Origin: Elusimicrobiota bacterium | Lineage (GTDB): Bacteria; Elusimicrobiota; Elusimicrobia; Elusimicrobiales; UBA9959 | Direction: 5' to 3' | DNA length: 60,339 nucleotides | Assembly (NCBI GenBank): GCA_016209085.1 | Contig: JACQWV010000017.1 | Span: 1 to 60,339, forward strand | Shown here: piece after piece, positions 42,521-53,026 of the stretch | How positions within the stretch are numbered: the stretch's first letter is position 1 | Layout: every line of letters begins with the position of its first letter | Notes under the pieces: generated by a model | What the model was told of the DNA's origin: nothing | Seen by the model: the letters and a program-made list of their open reading frames with translations, nothing else | Database searches by the model: none | Made by a program: the position numbers and the translations under genes

Positions 42521-43240
42521 CTACATTTCAAAATCCCAGCCTAAATAGAGCTCTCTGGCTTTTTCGTCGTTGAGCAGCTTGTCAGCAGCGCCTTCAATCA
42601 ATATCCTTCCCTGGTATATGAGATAAGAACGGTCCGTGACCGAGAGGGTTTCTCTCACATTGTGGTCCGTTATCAGGATTCCTATGGCTTTGTCTTTCAG
42701 CATTCTTATTATTTTTTTGAGATCGCTTACTGTTATGGGGTCTATGCCTGCGAAAGGTTCGTCAAGAAGTATTATTCTGGGTTCGTTTATCATTACCCTG
42801 GCCGCTTCAAGCCTTCTCTTTTCTCCGCCTGAAAGGGTCCATGCCTTTTGTTCGCGCAGGTTCCACAGCCCGAATTCCTCAAGAAGACTTCTGGTCTTTT
42901 CCTGAATGGCGTTCCTGTCTTTCAGGATTCTTTCAAGTATGGCTATAAGGTTTTCTTCCACGGTTAAACCGGTAAAAACAGTCGGCTCCTGCGCGAGATA
43001 ACCTATGCCCATTCTCGCGCGCTTATACATCTGTGTTTTTGAAATATCCTGTCCGTCAAGGAAAACCCTGCCTGAATCCGGGGAGATGAAACCCATCAGC
43101 ATGTGGAATGTGGTCGTTTTTCCGGCTCCGTTGGGGCCTAAAAGACCGCAGATTTCGCCGGATGCGATTTCAAGGGAAATCCCGTCCACTACTCTCTTCC
43201 TGCCGTAATTTTTTATCAATGATTCAGAATGGAGTTTCAT
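42521..43240 (-). CDS. lptB: LPS export ABC ATPase
   Basis: GPNGAGKTT, GYLAQE, LSGGE, DEPFAGIDP, ITDHNVRETL. Confidence 0.96.
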   Translation of the reverse strand: MKLHSESLIKNYGRKRVVDGISLEIASGEICGLLGPNGAGKTTTFHMLMGFISPDSGRVFLDGQDISKTQMYKRARMGIGYLAQEPTVFTGLTVEENLIAILERILKDRNAIQEKTRSLLEEFGLWNLREQKAWTLSGGEKRRLEAARVMINEPRIILLDEPFAGIDPITVSDLKKIIRMLKDKAIGILITDHNVRETLSVTDRSYLIYQGRILIEGAADKLLNDEKARELYLGWDFEM

Positions 43241-44157
43241 GGTTTAACCGAATGAATCCAGCCGCGCACGTTGCCGGATACGCTTAAGTTTCCCGTATTT
43301 CTGAAAAATTTTATTTGTTCTGCGATGATGGTAAAATCATAACCTTCTTTTATTCCGGTCACTGACGGAGTTGAGCCGTAGAGAAGAAATGAGGAATCGG
43401 CGTTCTGGTAAAAGGCATTTTCGGATGCGGCTATTATCCTGTCGTTTTCAAGAGAGAAATTTCCCATGAAATTTATTTCGGATTTAATCCCGTCCGCTTC
43501 TATTTTCCCGCATTTTGTGCGCAGCGTCTGGCCGTCGGCATAGCCTTCGGCGCCTGGGGCGGCGGTGGCGATGTTCCGGTCGGGCGACATAGCGCCCGAC
43601 ACTTGCCTGCCCCCATGCTTTGTTTCTGCAAGAAACTGTGGGGGATGAGCCGGAGGCTCGTTGTTCCGGCCGTCCTTTGAAGCGTAAGAAAGAAGAAGAA
43701 GCCTTTGTTCCTGCGGCAGGAGAACTGCCTTCTTTGATTCTTCAAAATAGTTTCCGCTGTCGGCCTGTTTTATTTCCATGGTTGAACCGTCGTCAAAAAA
43801 ACGCAGGCAGTAAATATTTTTCTGGAAATTCCATTCTTTTTTTGCCTTGTCGTAAACTGCAAAATCCGCTTTGAGATTGTAGTAAGGGTTTTTGAAAGAA
43901 ACGTCGCCGTCAAATATTTCAAGACGGTTTATCCTGTCTATTTTCCAGTTTCTGCTTCTTACCACCGAGCCCATTAAAAAATCATCGGATGTTTGGGCAT
44001 ATAAAGGAAACAGAAAACATAAAATGTAGCTGCAGAGCGAAGCTCTGCCATAAAGATAAGGAAGTAGTAAACAGAATACCCGCCGCCCCAACCCCGCGGG
44101 TTGGAACTTCAACCCGCGGGGTTGAAGAGGTAGTAGCTGCAGAACTTGCTTTGCCAT
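43237..44157 (-). CDS. lptA: LptA/OstA-like beta-jellyroll protein with in-frame repeat insertions
   Basis: Between lptC and lptB; FDGDVSF..LKAD, IIAEQIKF..VSGNVRG; start uncertain. Confidence 0.6.
   Translation of the reverse strand: MAKQVLQLLPLQPRGLKFQPAGLGRRVFCLLLPYLYGRASLCSYILCFLFPLYAQTSDDFLMGSVVRSRNWKIDRINRLEIFDGDVSFKNPYYNLKADFAVYDKAKKEWNFQKNIYCLRFFDDGSTMEIKQADSGNYFEESKKAVLLPQEQRLLLLSYASKDGRNNEPPAHPPQFLAETKHGGRQVSGAMSPDRNIATAAPGAEGYADGQTLRTKCGKIEADGIKSEINFMGNFSLENDRIIAASENAFYQNADSSFLLYGSTPSVTGIKEGYDFTIIAEQIKFFRNTGNLSVSGNVRGWIHSVKP
43530..43674. repeat. Modular palindromic element inserted in frame in lptA
   Basis: GGCCGTC direct repeats 138 bp apart; modules shared with 52198-52347. 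Confidence 0.85.
44026..44048 (+). repeat. GTAG REP; identical hairpin at 21005-21021, degenerate copy at 44133-44154
   Basis: GTAG-CT-GCAGAGC-GAA-GCTCTGC. Confidence 0.75.
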
Positions 44158-44164
44158 AATGTTG

Positions 44165-44716
44165 CTATTTTGTGGCGGATATTTTTGTTTCCTGATTTTG
44201 TATCTCAATCTGCGTAAGGTCGGGGTTGGCCATGAATCCCCTTCCTTTTGTCACGGTTTCTCCCTTGTAAATGGTTATTTCTTCGTCGGTCCAGATTTTA
44301 TTTTCAGCTGACTTAAACAGGATTGTCTTTGTGCCGAGCCGCATATTTTCGGTTCTGGACACGATTGACACGTTTCCGCTCAGTTCAGCGTCTTTGGTTG
44401 AAAGATTCAAAAATCCGGAATCGGAGCTCATTTCGGAAGTTATTGCCCCTGCCGCGTAAAGTTTCAGTTTAGGATGCGCAAGCCTGATTTTGCCGTCTTT
44501 TTCGTTTAAGTTCGCTCCTGCGGAAACAAGGCTCCATTGGTCCTTATTGTCTTTTGATTTAAACAATTCAAGGTCTTTTATTAAATTCACCGGTTCCTGC
44601 GACTCCTTGTTCCGTGAGCTCTGCGAACTGCCGGAACATGAAACCAATAAAAGAAGAAAACAAGTTACAAGACACAAGTTACAAGTCACAAGTGAAAATT
44701 TAGAGAAGCCCTTCAT
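44165..44716 (-). CDS. lptC: LPS export periplasmic protein LptC
   Basis: WSLVS..A, LSGNVSI, IWTDEEITI..GRGF; lipobox-like LVSC. Confidence 0.85.
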   Translation of the reverse strand: MKGFSKFSLVTCNLCLVTCFLLLLVSCSGSSQSSRNKESQEPVNLIKDLELFKSKDNKDQWSLVSAGANLNEKDGKIRLAHPKLKLYAAGAITSEMSSDSGFLNLSTKDAELSGNVSIVSRTENMRLGTKTILFKSAENKIWTDEEITIYKGETVTKGRGFMANPDLTQIEIQNQETKISATK

Positions 44717-45692
44717 TAAGCAGGTCTCTTTCGTCTATTATGCCGACCGGTTTTTTTGTTTCAGGGTCAATTACAGGGATATTGTCTATTTTCATCCTGG
44801 ACATTATTCTGGCCGCTTCTGCGGCCATGGTATCGGGATGGACCGTTATCGGGTTCCGGGTCATTACGGAAGTTATTTTCTTGTTGAGGCTGGTTTCGCC
44901 CTTTTGCAGATACCTGCGCAGGTCTCCGTCGGTAAAGAAGCCTATCAGCCTGCCTCTGCCGTCTGTCACCGAAGCGGCGCCGAGTCTGGTCTTTGTCATC
45001 ACATACAGCGCGTCTTTAATCAGGCAGGAATTTTTTATCACCGGATTTTCTTTGCCCTTGTGCATCAGGTCTTTCACTTTCGTGTTAAGCAGTTTTCCAA
45101 GGGAGCCGCCCGGATGAAGCCGGGCTAATTCGGCTTTGTCAAAATTTTTTATTTTCATCAGGGTAATCGCAATGGCGTCTCCCAGAGAGAGCATCGCGGC
45201 GGTTGAAGAAGTGGGCACGATATTGAAAGGACATGCTTCCTTGCGGACATTGAGATTGAGGGTTATGTCCGAATGTTTCGCTAATTTTGAATTGAGGTTG
45301 TTCGTGATTGAAATTATCCTGTGTCCTCTGGATTTGAAATACTGAAGGAGCAGGGCGGTTTCATGCGTTTCTCCGGAGTAGGAAAGAGCCAGCGCCACGT
45401 CTTTACGGCCGACCATCCCCATGTCTCCATGAAGGCATTCAACGGGATGGAGATAAATGCTCGGAGTTCCGGTTGAAGAAAGGGTTGCCGCTATCTTTCT
45501 GCCTATGATTCCGGATTTTCCGATGCCTACCACCACGACTCTGCCTGTAGAGTCCAGAATCATTTTTACGGCATTGGCGAAATTCCTGTTCAGACCTTTT
45601 GACAGGCTTGCGAGCGCCGCCATCTCCCTGTTGATGACTTCTTTGCCGCATCTGATTAACAAATGTTTTGAATTATCCCTTTTGTTTTTCAT
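44700..45692 (-). CDS. kdsD: Arabinose-5-phosphate isomerase (KpsF/GutQ, SIS plus CBS)
   Basis: GIGKSGIIGRKIAATLSSTGTP, HGDMG, PTSST, HPGGSLG. Confidence 0.95.
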   Translation of the reverse strand: MKNKRDNSKHLLIRCGKEVINREMAALASLSKGLNRNFANAVKMILDSTGRVVVVGIGKSGIIGRKIAATLSSTGTPSIYLHPVECLHGDMGMVGRKDVALALSYSGETHETALLLQYFKSRGHRIISITNNLNSKLAKHSDITLNLNVRKEACPFNIVPTSSTAAMLSLGDAIAITLMKIKNFDKAELARLHPGGSLGKLLNTKVKDLMHKGKENPVIKNSCLIKDALYVMTKTRLGAASVTDGRGRLIGFFTDGDLRRYLQKGETSLNKKITSVMTRNPITVHPDTMAAEAARIMSRMKIDNIPVIDPETKKPVGIIDERDLLNEGLL

Positions 45693-45952
45693 GGCGGAGG
45701 AACTTTATGCGGGTGGAGCCAGGGCGTCATTTCATCCGGGATTTTCCTGATGTGATACGGGGGGGGGAGCTTGCGCAGGAAATAGCTCGCAATGAAGAAA
45801 ACCGCAATCAGAATTAAATATATCCAGGAAAGGGTTTTTAAATGCCATTTCCAGGTCGGGAACCACGCGGGCGGAAGGGTCAGGTCGTTTCCGCATTTTT
45901 TGCAGAATTTAAAGTTGGCTCTGTTTTCGTATCCGCAATTAGGACATTTCAT
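45689..45952 (-). CDS. Zinc-ribbon membrane protein
   Basis: CPNCG..FCKKCG followed by one TM helix. Confidence 0.75.
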   Translation of the reverse strand: MKCPNCGYENRANFKFCKKCGNDLTLPPAWFPTWKWHLKTLSWIYLILIAVFFIASYFLRKLPPPYHIRKIPDEMTPWLHPHKVPPP

Positions 45953-45998
45953 AAAATCAGTGATTAGTGGTCAGTGTATAGTGGTTAGTTCTTTTCCA

Positions 45999-46853
45999 TC
46001 ACTTGTCACTCGCCACTAACCACTTGCCACTGTCCTTTGCCAGCGTATCTATATGATTTAGCATATTGACTGCGTCGCATACAAGACTGAGTTTCAGGGA
46101 ATTGGGGCCGTCTGACAATGCTTTTGAGGGATCCGGATGGGTTTCAAAGAAAATGCCGGCTATTTTCAGGATGCAGGCGGCTTTGGCAAGAGGAAGGGCA
46201 AATTTTACGTCTCCTCCGGTAATATTGCCGAGTCCCGCCGGTCTTTGAACAGAGTGGGTGCAGTCAAAAATTACGGGATATCCGGTCTCTTTCATTATTT
46301 CTATGGAGCGCATGTCAACGACAAGATTGTTGTACCCGAAACACGTGCCTCTTTCAGTCAGGAGTATTGACCGGTTGCCTCTGGATTCTATCTTCTTCAC
46401 CGCATTTTGAATTTCCCATGGCGACATGAACTGGCCCTTTTTTATGTTTACTGTTTTGCCCGTATCCGCGGCTGCTGCCAGAAGGTCAGTCTGTCTTGAG
46501 AGAAAAGCAGGTATCTGGATGATATCCGCGCATTTGGAAACCATCGGCGCCTGCCATGTTTCATGCACGTCAATAAGAACGGGGATTGCGAGTTTTCTTT
46601 TAATCTGCGCAGCGATGTCCAGGCTTTTTTTCATCCCTATTCCCCTGAAGGATTTGTGGGAAGTCCTGTTGGCTTTGTCAAAAGAAGCCTTCAGCGCAAA
46701 GGGGGTTTTAAGCCTTGAAAAAACGGTCTTAAGTTTTGAGGCAATGGCCGTAAATCCCTTTTCGGATTCAATCACGCACGGGCCAGCTATGTAGACGAGT
46801 CTGGAGTCGTTGGAAAACGTGATGCCGCCGGCTTTTACTTTTTTTGGGGTCAT
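45999..46853 (-). CDS. kdsA: KDO8P synthase
   Basis: [39 protein letters not shown]. Confidence 0.97.
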   Translation of the reverse strand: MTPKKVKAGGITFSNDSRLVYIAGPCVIESEKGFTAIASKLKTVFSRLKTPFALKASFDKANRTSHKSFRGIGMKKSLDIAAQIKRKLAIPVLIDVHETWQAPMVSKCADIIQIPAFLSRQTDLLAAAADTGKTVNIKKGQFMSPWEIQNAVKKIESRGNRSILLTERGTCFGYNNLVVDMRSIEIMKETGYPVIFDCTHSVQRPAGLGNITGGDVKFALPLAKAACILKIAGIFFETHPDPSKALSDGPNSLKLSLVCDAVNMLNHIDTLAKDSGKWLVASDK

Positions 46854-48451
46854 AATGTCCCGTTTTTATATTTAAGGCTTGCGGAAATAAATTCCCTGAA
46901 AAGAGGATGCGGATTAAGCGGCGTTGATTTGAATTCAGGATGAAACTGGACTCCCATGAACCACTGCCGGCTTTTAAGTTCTATTATTTCAGGCAGGTTT
47001 TTTTCTTTATATATTCCGCTGACGACAAGGCCGCGTTTGGAGCAGGCTTTCGCGTATTTGGGATTGAATTCATATCTATGCCTGTGCCTTTCGGATATAA
47101 GACCTAAGGAGTAAATGTCTTTCGCCAGGGAATTGGGTTTTATGCGGCACGGATAGGAGCCCAGCCTCATGGTCCCGCCCTTGTGTTTTATTTTTTTCTG
47201 TTCCGGCATTATGTCCACCACGGGATGAGGAGTATTGGGCTTGAATTCCACGGAATGAGCGTTTTTGAGCCCGGCAACGTTCCTGGCAAATTCTATCGCC
47301 GCGCACTGCATTCCAAGACATATCCCGAGAAAAGGAACGCGGTTTTCCCTGGCAAATTTTACGGTTTCTATTTTTCCTTCAATGCCTCTTTCGCCGAACC
47401 CTCCCGGCACTATTATGCCGTGCATCGTTGAAAGAGTCTCCTTGAATCCGCCGTCTTCCACGTCCAGAAAATTTATTTCAGCGTGCGTGTTATTCGCAAC
47501 GGCTCCATGGTTTATCGCTTCCACCAGAGACTTGTAAGAGTCCTTCAGTTTGGTGTATTTTCCGGCAATGGCTATTTTGACCGGTTCGGTTTTCATGCAG
47601 TTCTTGAGTTTTTCAACGTAATTTATCCACTCCTCAAAATCCCATCTCTTGCTTCTCAGACGCAGGAGCATCATGATTTGTTCGTCAATTCCCTGTCTTT
47701 TGAGAATATTCGGCACGTTGTATATTGAAAACGTGTCCGGGGATTCAATCACGGCTTCCTGCGGCACGCTGCAAAAAAGAGCTATCTTGTTTTTCATCTC
47801 CCTGCTCAGGGGTTTTTCCGTTCTGCAGATTATTATGTCCGGGTCTATGCCTATTTCCCTGAGTTTATGAACCGAATGCTGGGTCGGTTTTGTTTTGAGC
47901 TCGTCGCTGGAAGAAAGATAAGGAACCAGGGTTACGTGAATGTAAATCACGTCGCTGCGGGTTTTATCCGGCTTCATTTGTCTGGCGGCTTCAAGAAAAG
48001 GCAGGCTTTCTATGTCGCCCACGGTGCCGCCTATCTCTATTATCACTATGTCAAAATCTTTTCCCGTCTCTAAAAACCTCCGTTTTATTTCGTCGGTTAC
48101 ATGAGGGATTACCTGCACCGTCTGACCGAGATATTCGCCCTGTCGTTCTTTGGATATTACGCTCTGATAAATTTTCCCCGCGGTGACATTATTGTCCCTG
48201 GTGGTGCTGATTTCCAGAAATCGTTCGTAATATCCGAGGTCAAGGTCGGTTTCCGCTCCGTCATCAGTGACAAAGACCTCGCCGTGCTGGAAAGGAGCCA
48301 TGGTGCCTGCGTCCACATTTATGTAGGGGTCGCATTTTATGATTGTGACGGAGAGGCCGTGCGCCTTGAGAAGCCTTCCTATGGATGCGGCGCAGATTCC
48401 CTTTCCGAGGGAGCTTACGACGCCGCCGGTGATAAAAATATATTTGGGCAT
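46850..48451 (-). CDS. pyrG: CTP synthase
   Basis: [38 protein letters not shown]. Confidence 0.98.
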   Translation of the reverse strand: MPKYIFITGGVVSSLGKGICAASIGRLLKAHGLSVTIIKCDPYINVDAGTMAPFQHGEVFVTDDGAETDLDLGYYERFLEISTTRDNNVTAGKIYQSVISKERQGEYLGQTVQVIPHVTDEIKRRFLETGKDFDIVIIEIGGTVGDIESLPFLEAARQMKPDKTRSDVIYIHVTLVPYLSSSDELKTKPTQHSVHKLREIGIDPDIIICRTEKPLSREMKNKIALFCSVPQEAVIESPDTFSIYNVPNILKRQGIDEQIMMLLRLRSKRWDFEEWINYVEKLKNCMKTEPVKIAIAGKYTKLKDSYKSLVEAINHGAVANNTHAEINFLDVEDGGFKETLSTMHGIIVPGGFGERGIEGKIETVKFARENRVPFLGICLGMQCAAIEFARNVAGLKNAHSVEFKPNTPHPVVDIMPEQKKIKHKGGTMRLGSYPCRIKPNSLAKDIYSLGLISERHRHRYEFNPKYAKACSKRGLVVSGIYKEKNLPEIIELKSRQWFMGVQFHPEFKSTPLNPHPLFREFISASLKYKNGTL

Positions 48452-48464
48452 AATAAACAGCAAT

Positions 48465-48553
48465 GAATAGTGATTAAGTAAATAATTATTAAGTGATTAA
48501 GTAACAGCGATTTAAGGAACTTAATCGCTAAATCACTTAATCTCTTAATCACT
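48465..48553. repeat. Inverted TTAAGTGA-type octamer arrays (also 29890-29952, 42475-42512, 53955-54080)
   Basis: ttaagtgattaagt ... acttaatcgctaaatcacttaatctcttaatcact. Confidence 0.75.
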
Positions 48554-49298
48554 GTTGTATATATTTTATTAAATATTGCTCCGCTTTCTTAATATCCTGC
48601 CTGACGTCTATTGCCGGGCCGAGTCTTGGGACTTTTACAGCCCCGATGCAGAGTCCCGCTTCAAGAGCGCGCAGCTGTTCAAGTCTTTCAAGAGATTCAA
48701 GAACGCTTTCAGGCAAAGAAACGAATTTCTTAAGAGCGTCGTACCTGTAAACGTAAAATCCGCAGTGTTTATACCAGGGAATTTTCATGGAAACAGCCGA
48801 TAAGGGATGATGAAAGGGAATCGGGATTCTGGAGAAATAAACGGCCCTGGAGTTTTTTCCCAGAGCCACTTTTACCGTATTGGGATTAATGAGGTCTTTT
48901 TTATCATAGATAGGGCTGCACGCTGTAGTTATGTGAAATTGCGGATTTTTTTTCAGCAGTTCAAACGCTTTGATGAGCGTACCGGGCTCCATAAAAGGTT
49001 CGTCAGCCTGGTAGTTGATTATGAATTCTCTTTTGTTTCTGAGCGCGGTTTCAAAAACCCTGTCCGTGCCTGATTTGCATTTTGGGCTTGTCAGGCAGGT
49101 CTCGGCGCCTATTGTTTTTGCAAAATGCAGGACTTTTTCATGTTCGGTCGCTATTATTACCCGCCCCAGTCCGGCGCGGAGAGCGGATTCGTAACACCAT
49201 TGCAGAACGGGTTTCCCGTTCAATTTATGAAGGACTTTTCCCGGGAACCTTTCCGAAGCGTACCTGGCAGGGATTACGATTAAACAGTTGCTTTGCAT
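48549..49298 (-). CDS. kdsB: CMP-Kdo synthetase
   Basis: IPARYASERFPGK, SGTDR, YFSR, LEQLRALE. Confidence 0.95.
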   Translation of the reverse strand: MQSNCLIVIPARYASERFPGKVLHKLNGKPVLQWCYESALRAGLGRVIIATEHEKVLHFAKTIGAETCLTSPKCKSGTDRVFETALRNKREFIINYQADEPFMEPGTLIKAFELLKKNPQFHITTACSPIYDKKDLINPNTVKVALGKNSRAVYFSRIPIPFHHPLSAVSMKIPWYKHCGFYVYRYDALKKFVSLPESVLESLERLEQLRALEAGLCIGAVKVPRLGPAIDVRQDIKKAEQYLIKYIQQ

Positions 49299-50296
49299 GA
49301 TTTTATGGCTTCAAGCAGTTCGGTCCTGGTAACCGAGGCGGTTCCGAGTTTGCCAACAACAATGCCGGCCGCTAAATTTGAAAGTACTGCAGATTCAAGG
49401 ATTGAAGCGCCTGAAGCTAAAGAAAGCGTGAAGACAGATATGACCGTGTCTCCCGCGCCGGTAACGTCAAACACTTCCTTTGCGTTGGTGGGGATGTGGG
49501 TGATTTTTGCGCATGGACATGATTTATCAAGAAGAGTCATGCCGTGTTCCCCGCGGGTAATAAGCAGGGATCTGCATTTGAGAGCCGCAAGTATCCTGCG
49601 GCCGGTTTTTTCAATATCCTCGTCTCCTGTTTTTTCAATCATGCCCATCCCCTGATGCGCTTCAGCCGCGTTCGGGGTCATACATGTCGCGTGTTTGTAT
49701 TTTTTAAAATGCTCGGGTTTCGGATCCACGCAGACCGGGATTTTCATTTTAACGCAGAGTCTTATCGCAGAATCTATGACGGCAGGAGTGAGAGTCCCCT
49801 TGCCGTAATCGGATAAAATCAATGCCCGGCAGCCCATGGAAAGTTTCTGTTTGAGATTATTTATGAGTTTCAGTTCAAATTTACTGCCCGCATTAATGTC
49901 GGGCTCTCTGTCGAATCTCACAATCTGCTGGTGTTCCGCTATGATTCTGGTTTTTTCAATGGCGGTTATTTCAGGGGTTGATATTATTCCTGAAACATCC
50001 GTTCCTGTTTCAACCAGTAAACCGAGGAGCCGTTTGGAGGTCTCGTTTACGCCTGTCAGGGATATGACCGAGGCCTTGGCGTCCAGAGACAGAAGATTGC
50101 GGGCCACGTTCCCGCAGCCGCCCGGCGAGAGCGTTTCCTCTTTCACTTTTACCACAGGAACCGGCGCTTCCGGAGAAATTCTTTTGACAGAGCCTCTGAT
50201 ATATCTATCCAGCATAAGGTCGCCCAGTACCGCTATAGCGGTACTGGAAAATTTCTCCGTTATTTCCGCCAGCCGCATGATATTTATTTTATTCAT
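49280..50296 (-). CDS. rfaE1: D-glycero-manno-heptose-7-phosphate kinase (HldE kinase domain, stand-alone)
   Basis: RISPEAPVPVV, SDYGKG, DVTGAGDTV, VVGKLGT. Confidence 0.92.
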   Translation of the reverse strand: MNKINIMRLAEITEKFSSTAIAVLGDLMLDRYIRGSVKRISPEAPVPVVKVKEETLSPGGCGNVARNLLSLDAKASVISLTGVNETSKRLLGLLVETGTDVSGIISTPEITAIEKTRIIAEHQQIVRFDREPDINAGSKFELKLINNLKQKLSMGCRALILSDYGKGTLTPAVIDSAIRLCVKMKIPVCVDPKPEHFKKYKHATCMTPNAAEAHQGMGMIEKTGDEDIEKTGRRILAALKCRSLLITRGEHGMTLLDKSCPCAKITHIPTNAKEVFDVTGAGDTVISVFTLSLASGASILESAVLSNLAAGIVVGKLGTASVTRTELLEAIKSCKATV

Positions 50297-50311
50297 AGAG
50301 ATTATTATATA

Positions 50312-51148
50312 TTATTGAAAACTTCGTTTTGCCAGTTTTGCCGTTACAGAGCCGATGAATATTTCGGCTTTGATCATCACCGGGATTTTTGCCTCGTCGT
50401 CAGTCAGCCAGACGTACAACTTGGCATTTTTCTTGGAGATAAAAATCCCTTCCTCAAGAATCCGCGGTTCTATCAGAACGCATCTGACTTTGCCTGCCGG
50501 TGTTTTTATCTTTTCCCTTTTGTGGACCTTGACGATAAGAGTCCAGTTCTTTTTCGTGTTTACCGGCATGGAAAACTCGGAGCCTTCGTCAAGGTTCTTT
50601 GTCCTTACTGCATAGAGGCTTGTAAGCACGTCGTTGACGGGTCCGGGGATAAGACCGGAGCTTTCGGTTATCTCGCCGTCTTTGTTTTTTCTTTGCGCCG
50701 TGAAAGAAGAAGAGGATATGTCATATAAAACCCATTCCGCATAAATATACTTTCCTTCTTTTATGTTTTTATAATACCCGTATGAATACAGGGTTTCCGA
50801 GTCCATCCATGCCTCGTTTAAATCCCTGACTTGATAGAAATTGTCTATAAACGAAGAAGAACGGGCCTCTGAAATAAAATGATAAGCGGGTCTTGTGCCT
50901 GCCAAAACAATCCTGTCGGAATAGAGATAAGACTGGCCGACATTTATGAAACCCCAGTATATTTCATAATCAAGCTTTTCTTTGTGCCACGGTTTTGTGG
51001 AAAAATTAATTTCCCCAGTAATTTCCGGAAAAGAGGATAAAGGACAGGAAAACGCAGAATTTAAATTTTCGGCATAAACGGAAGAAGAAATTAAAAATGA
51101 GAAAATAAAACTGATTACCGATTTCTGATTTATGATTTCTAATTTCAT
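50312..51148 (-). CDS. DUF3108-like exported protein
   Basis: EKLDYEIYWG, FYQVRD, EKIKTPAG, VWLTDD..IPV. Confidence 0.75.
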   Translation of the reverse strand: MKLEIINQKSVISFIFSFLISSSVYAENLNSAFSCPLSSFPEITGEINFSTKPWHKEKLDYEIYWGFINVGQSYLYSDRIVLAGTRPAYHFISEARSSSFIDNFYQVRDLNEAWMDSETLYSYGYYKNIKEGKYIYAEWVLYDISSSSFTAQRKNKDGEITESSGLIPGPVNDVLTSLYAVRTKNLDEGSEFSMPVNTKKNWTLIVKVHKREKIKTPAGKVRCVLIEPRILEEGIFISKKNAKLYVWLTDDEAKIPVMIKAEIFIGSVTAKLAKRSFQ

Positions 51149-51173
51149 TTAATTTCTAATTACTGGTTACTGA

Positions 51174-51752
51174 TTACTGCTGTTTTATTATCCATCTTGC
51201 CGCCTGCAGCAGCGTGTCTGCAACGTGAGCCGCAAGATTCTTTGCGGCTTTAATTTCATGAGAGCCGTGCCCGGTTAACAAGAGTATTGATTTTAAGTTG
51301 AATTTCCGCGCCAGTATCATATCAGTCGTCTTATCTCCTACCAGATAAGAACTCTTTATGTCAAGATTATGGTTTTTAAGCGCCTCTTTGACCAGGCCCG
51401 GTTCGGGCTTTCTGCACCGGCATCCGTCCCGCGGTCCGTGCGGACACATATAAATACCGTCTATTTTCACGCCTTTTTTTTCCAGATAATCCAGTATTTT
51501 AAGATTAACCAGTATTGCTTTTTTCAACGTCATCAATTTTCTTGCCACGGCCGATTGATTGGTAAGTATTATGAGCTGGAAACCGGATTCCTGCAGTTTT
51601 ATGAGAGCGTCCGGCGCGGTTTTGTAGATTCTGATGCCGCTTGTTTTTGTAAGATAACGGCCTTTCCTGTCAAGGTTGATTGTGCCGTCCCTGTCTAAAA
51701 AAACAGCCGGTTTTTTTGTTTTATTATCCGATTTCCTCGAATAAACAAGCAT
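51174..51752 (-). CDS. gmhB: D,D-heptose-1,7-bisphosphate phosphatase
   Basis: FLDRDGTIN, TNQS, CPH..C.CRKP, GDK..D. Confidence 0.93.
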   Translation of the reverse strand: MLVYSRKSDNKTKKPAVFLDRDGTINLDRKGRYLTKTSGIRIYKTAPDALIKLQESGFQLIILTNQSAVARKLMTLKKAILVNLKILDYLEKKGVKIDGIYMCPHGPRDGCRCRKPEPGLVKEALKNHNLDIKSSYLVGDKTTDMILARKFNLKSILLLTGHGSHEIKAAKNLAAHVADTLLQAARWIIKQQ

Positions 51753-51784
51753 TTTTATTCGCTGTCTATATGCACTGCGGTCTC

Positions 51785-53026
51785 TTATTTCTTGTTGTTC
51801 GCTATTTGCTCTGTTATTGCATTCATCAGAATTCTGTAGCCATCTAACAGGAATTGAATCTTCGCTGAAAATATGTAAACTTCGGTTTTAAAAATCTCGC
51901 GCCAATTTTCCGGGAATCTGACAAAATCTTTGTGCGTGGTTATCAGCGGCAGATAATGTCTTGCGGTTTCTATCGCCGTCATTTCTTCTACGGTGAAGAA
52001 GTGATGGTCAGGATAACGCCAGGCCTGCCTGAGGCTGATTTTTAGGGATTTGAGGTTTTCTTCAAAAGACCCTGGGTCTCCTATGCCGGAAATGACTGCG
52101 GCTTCCTTTTTGAATTCCGCCGGGTGCATGCCTTTCATGGTAAACGCGTCTATGAAGCATTCAGGCGAATATACGGTTTCAAGAATCGGCGCGTTTTGGT
52201 CGTCGGCATAGCCTCCGACACCTGTGGGTCGGGTGGCATAGCGCCCGACACTTGATGAGGTCGTCGGCATAGCCTCCGACACCTGTGGCCGCAGTGCGGC
52301 TGTTCCGCCAGAGGCTCGTTGTTCCGCCGCAGTGCGGCTGTTCCGGTTGAATTTCACGATTTCCTGTTTAAGGGTATCCAGATTCTTTTGGCTGGTTCTT
52401 TCTACATGCGTCAATATTATGATGTCGGCCGTTTTCAGCCTGTATTTCGGCTCCCTCAGGTTTCCCATGGGGAGGAGTTTTTCATTTTCAAACGGCATGC
52501 CGGCGTTTATGAGAATTATTTTTAGGTCTTTTTTTATGGAAAAATTCTGAAATCCGTCGTCAAGCAGAAGCACGTCGCTTTTAAAGAGATTCAGGGCAAG
52601 TTTTCCTGTTTTGATTCTGTCCGGTCCGACTATTACCGGTATGGAATGCGGATTGAGGAGATTGTACAGCATCATGGCTTCATCGCCGGTGTCCCTGATG
52701 CTGAACGGGCCCGGCCCGCACAGCGCGACGGGAGACGCGGAACTTCGGGTTCTTTTATATCCCCTGATGAGGACCGCAGGGTTATGGCCGGATTTTTTCA
52801 GTTCTATGGCTGTCAGAATTGCCATAGATGTTTTTCCTGTTCCGCCGGTTGAGATATTTCCGAAACAGATTACCGGAACCCCAGAAGAGGCTGGTTTTAA
52901 AAATTCATTGTCATAGAGAAAATATCTGCATTTGAGAGCGAGCAGATACAAAAAAGAGAGAAACTGAAGAAGAAGTCTTCCGTATTTGCATTCCTTAAGT
53001 TCGTTTCTGAGTTTTTCAAGAGACAT
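51785..53026 (-). CDS. lpxK: Tetraacyldisaccharide 4'-kinase with 49-aa repeat-derived insertion
   Basis: GNISTGGTGKT, RGYK, GDEA, LDDGFQ, LLPMGNLREP, YPDHH, TTHKD. Confidence 0.95.
   Translation of the reverse strand: MSLEKLRNELKECKYGRLLLQFLSFLYLLALKCRYFLYDNEFLKPASSGVPVICFGNISTGGTGKTSMAILTAIELKKSGHNPAVLIRGYKRTRSSASPVALCGPGPFSIRDTGDEAMMLYNLLNPHSIPVIVGPDRIKTGKLALNLFKSDVLLLDDGFQNFSIKKDLKIILINAGMPFENEKLLPMGNLREPKYRLKTADIIILTHVERTSQKNLDTLKQEIVKFNRNSRTAAEQRASGGTAALRPQVSEAMPTTSSSVGRYATRPTGVGGYADDQNAPILETVYSPECFIDAFTMKGMHPAEFKKEAAVISGIGDPGSFEENLKSLKISLRQAWRYPDHHFFTVEEMTAIETARHYLPLITTHKDFVRFPENWREIFKTEVYIFSAKIQFLLDGYRILMNAITEQIANNKK
52198..52347. repeat. Modular palindromic element inserted in frame in lpxK
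   Basis: 30-bp unit x2 (52198-52227, 52259-52288) and 20-bp unit x2 (52288-52307, 52326-52345). Confidence 0.88.

Noticed and set aside
52198-52347. CRISPR-like repeat-spacer pattern (30-bp repeat, 31-bp spacer)
   Set aside because: Only two copies, inside the lpxK frame; the 'spacer' is itself a repeated hairpin; no cas genes.
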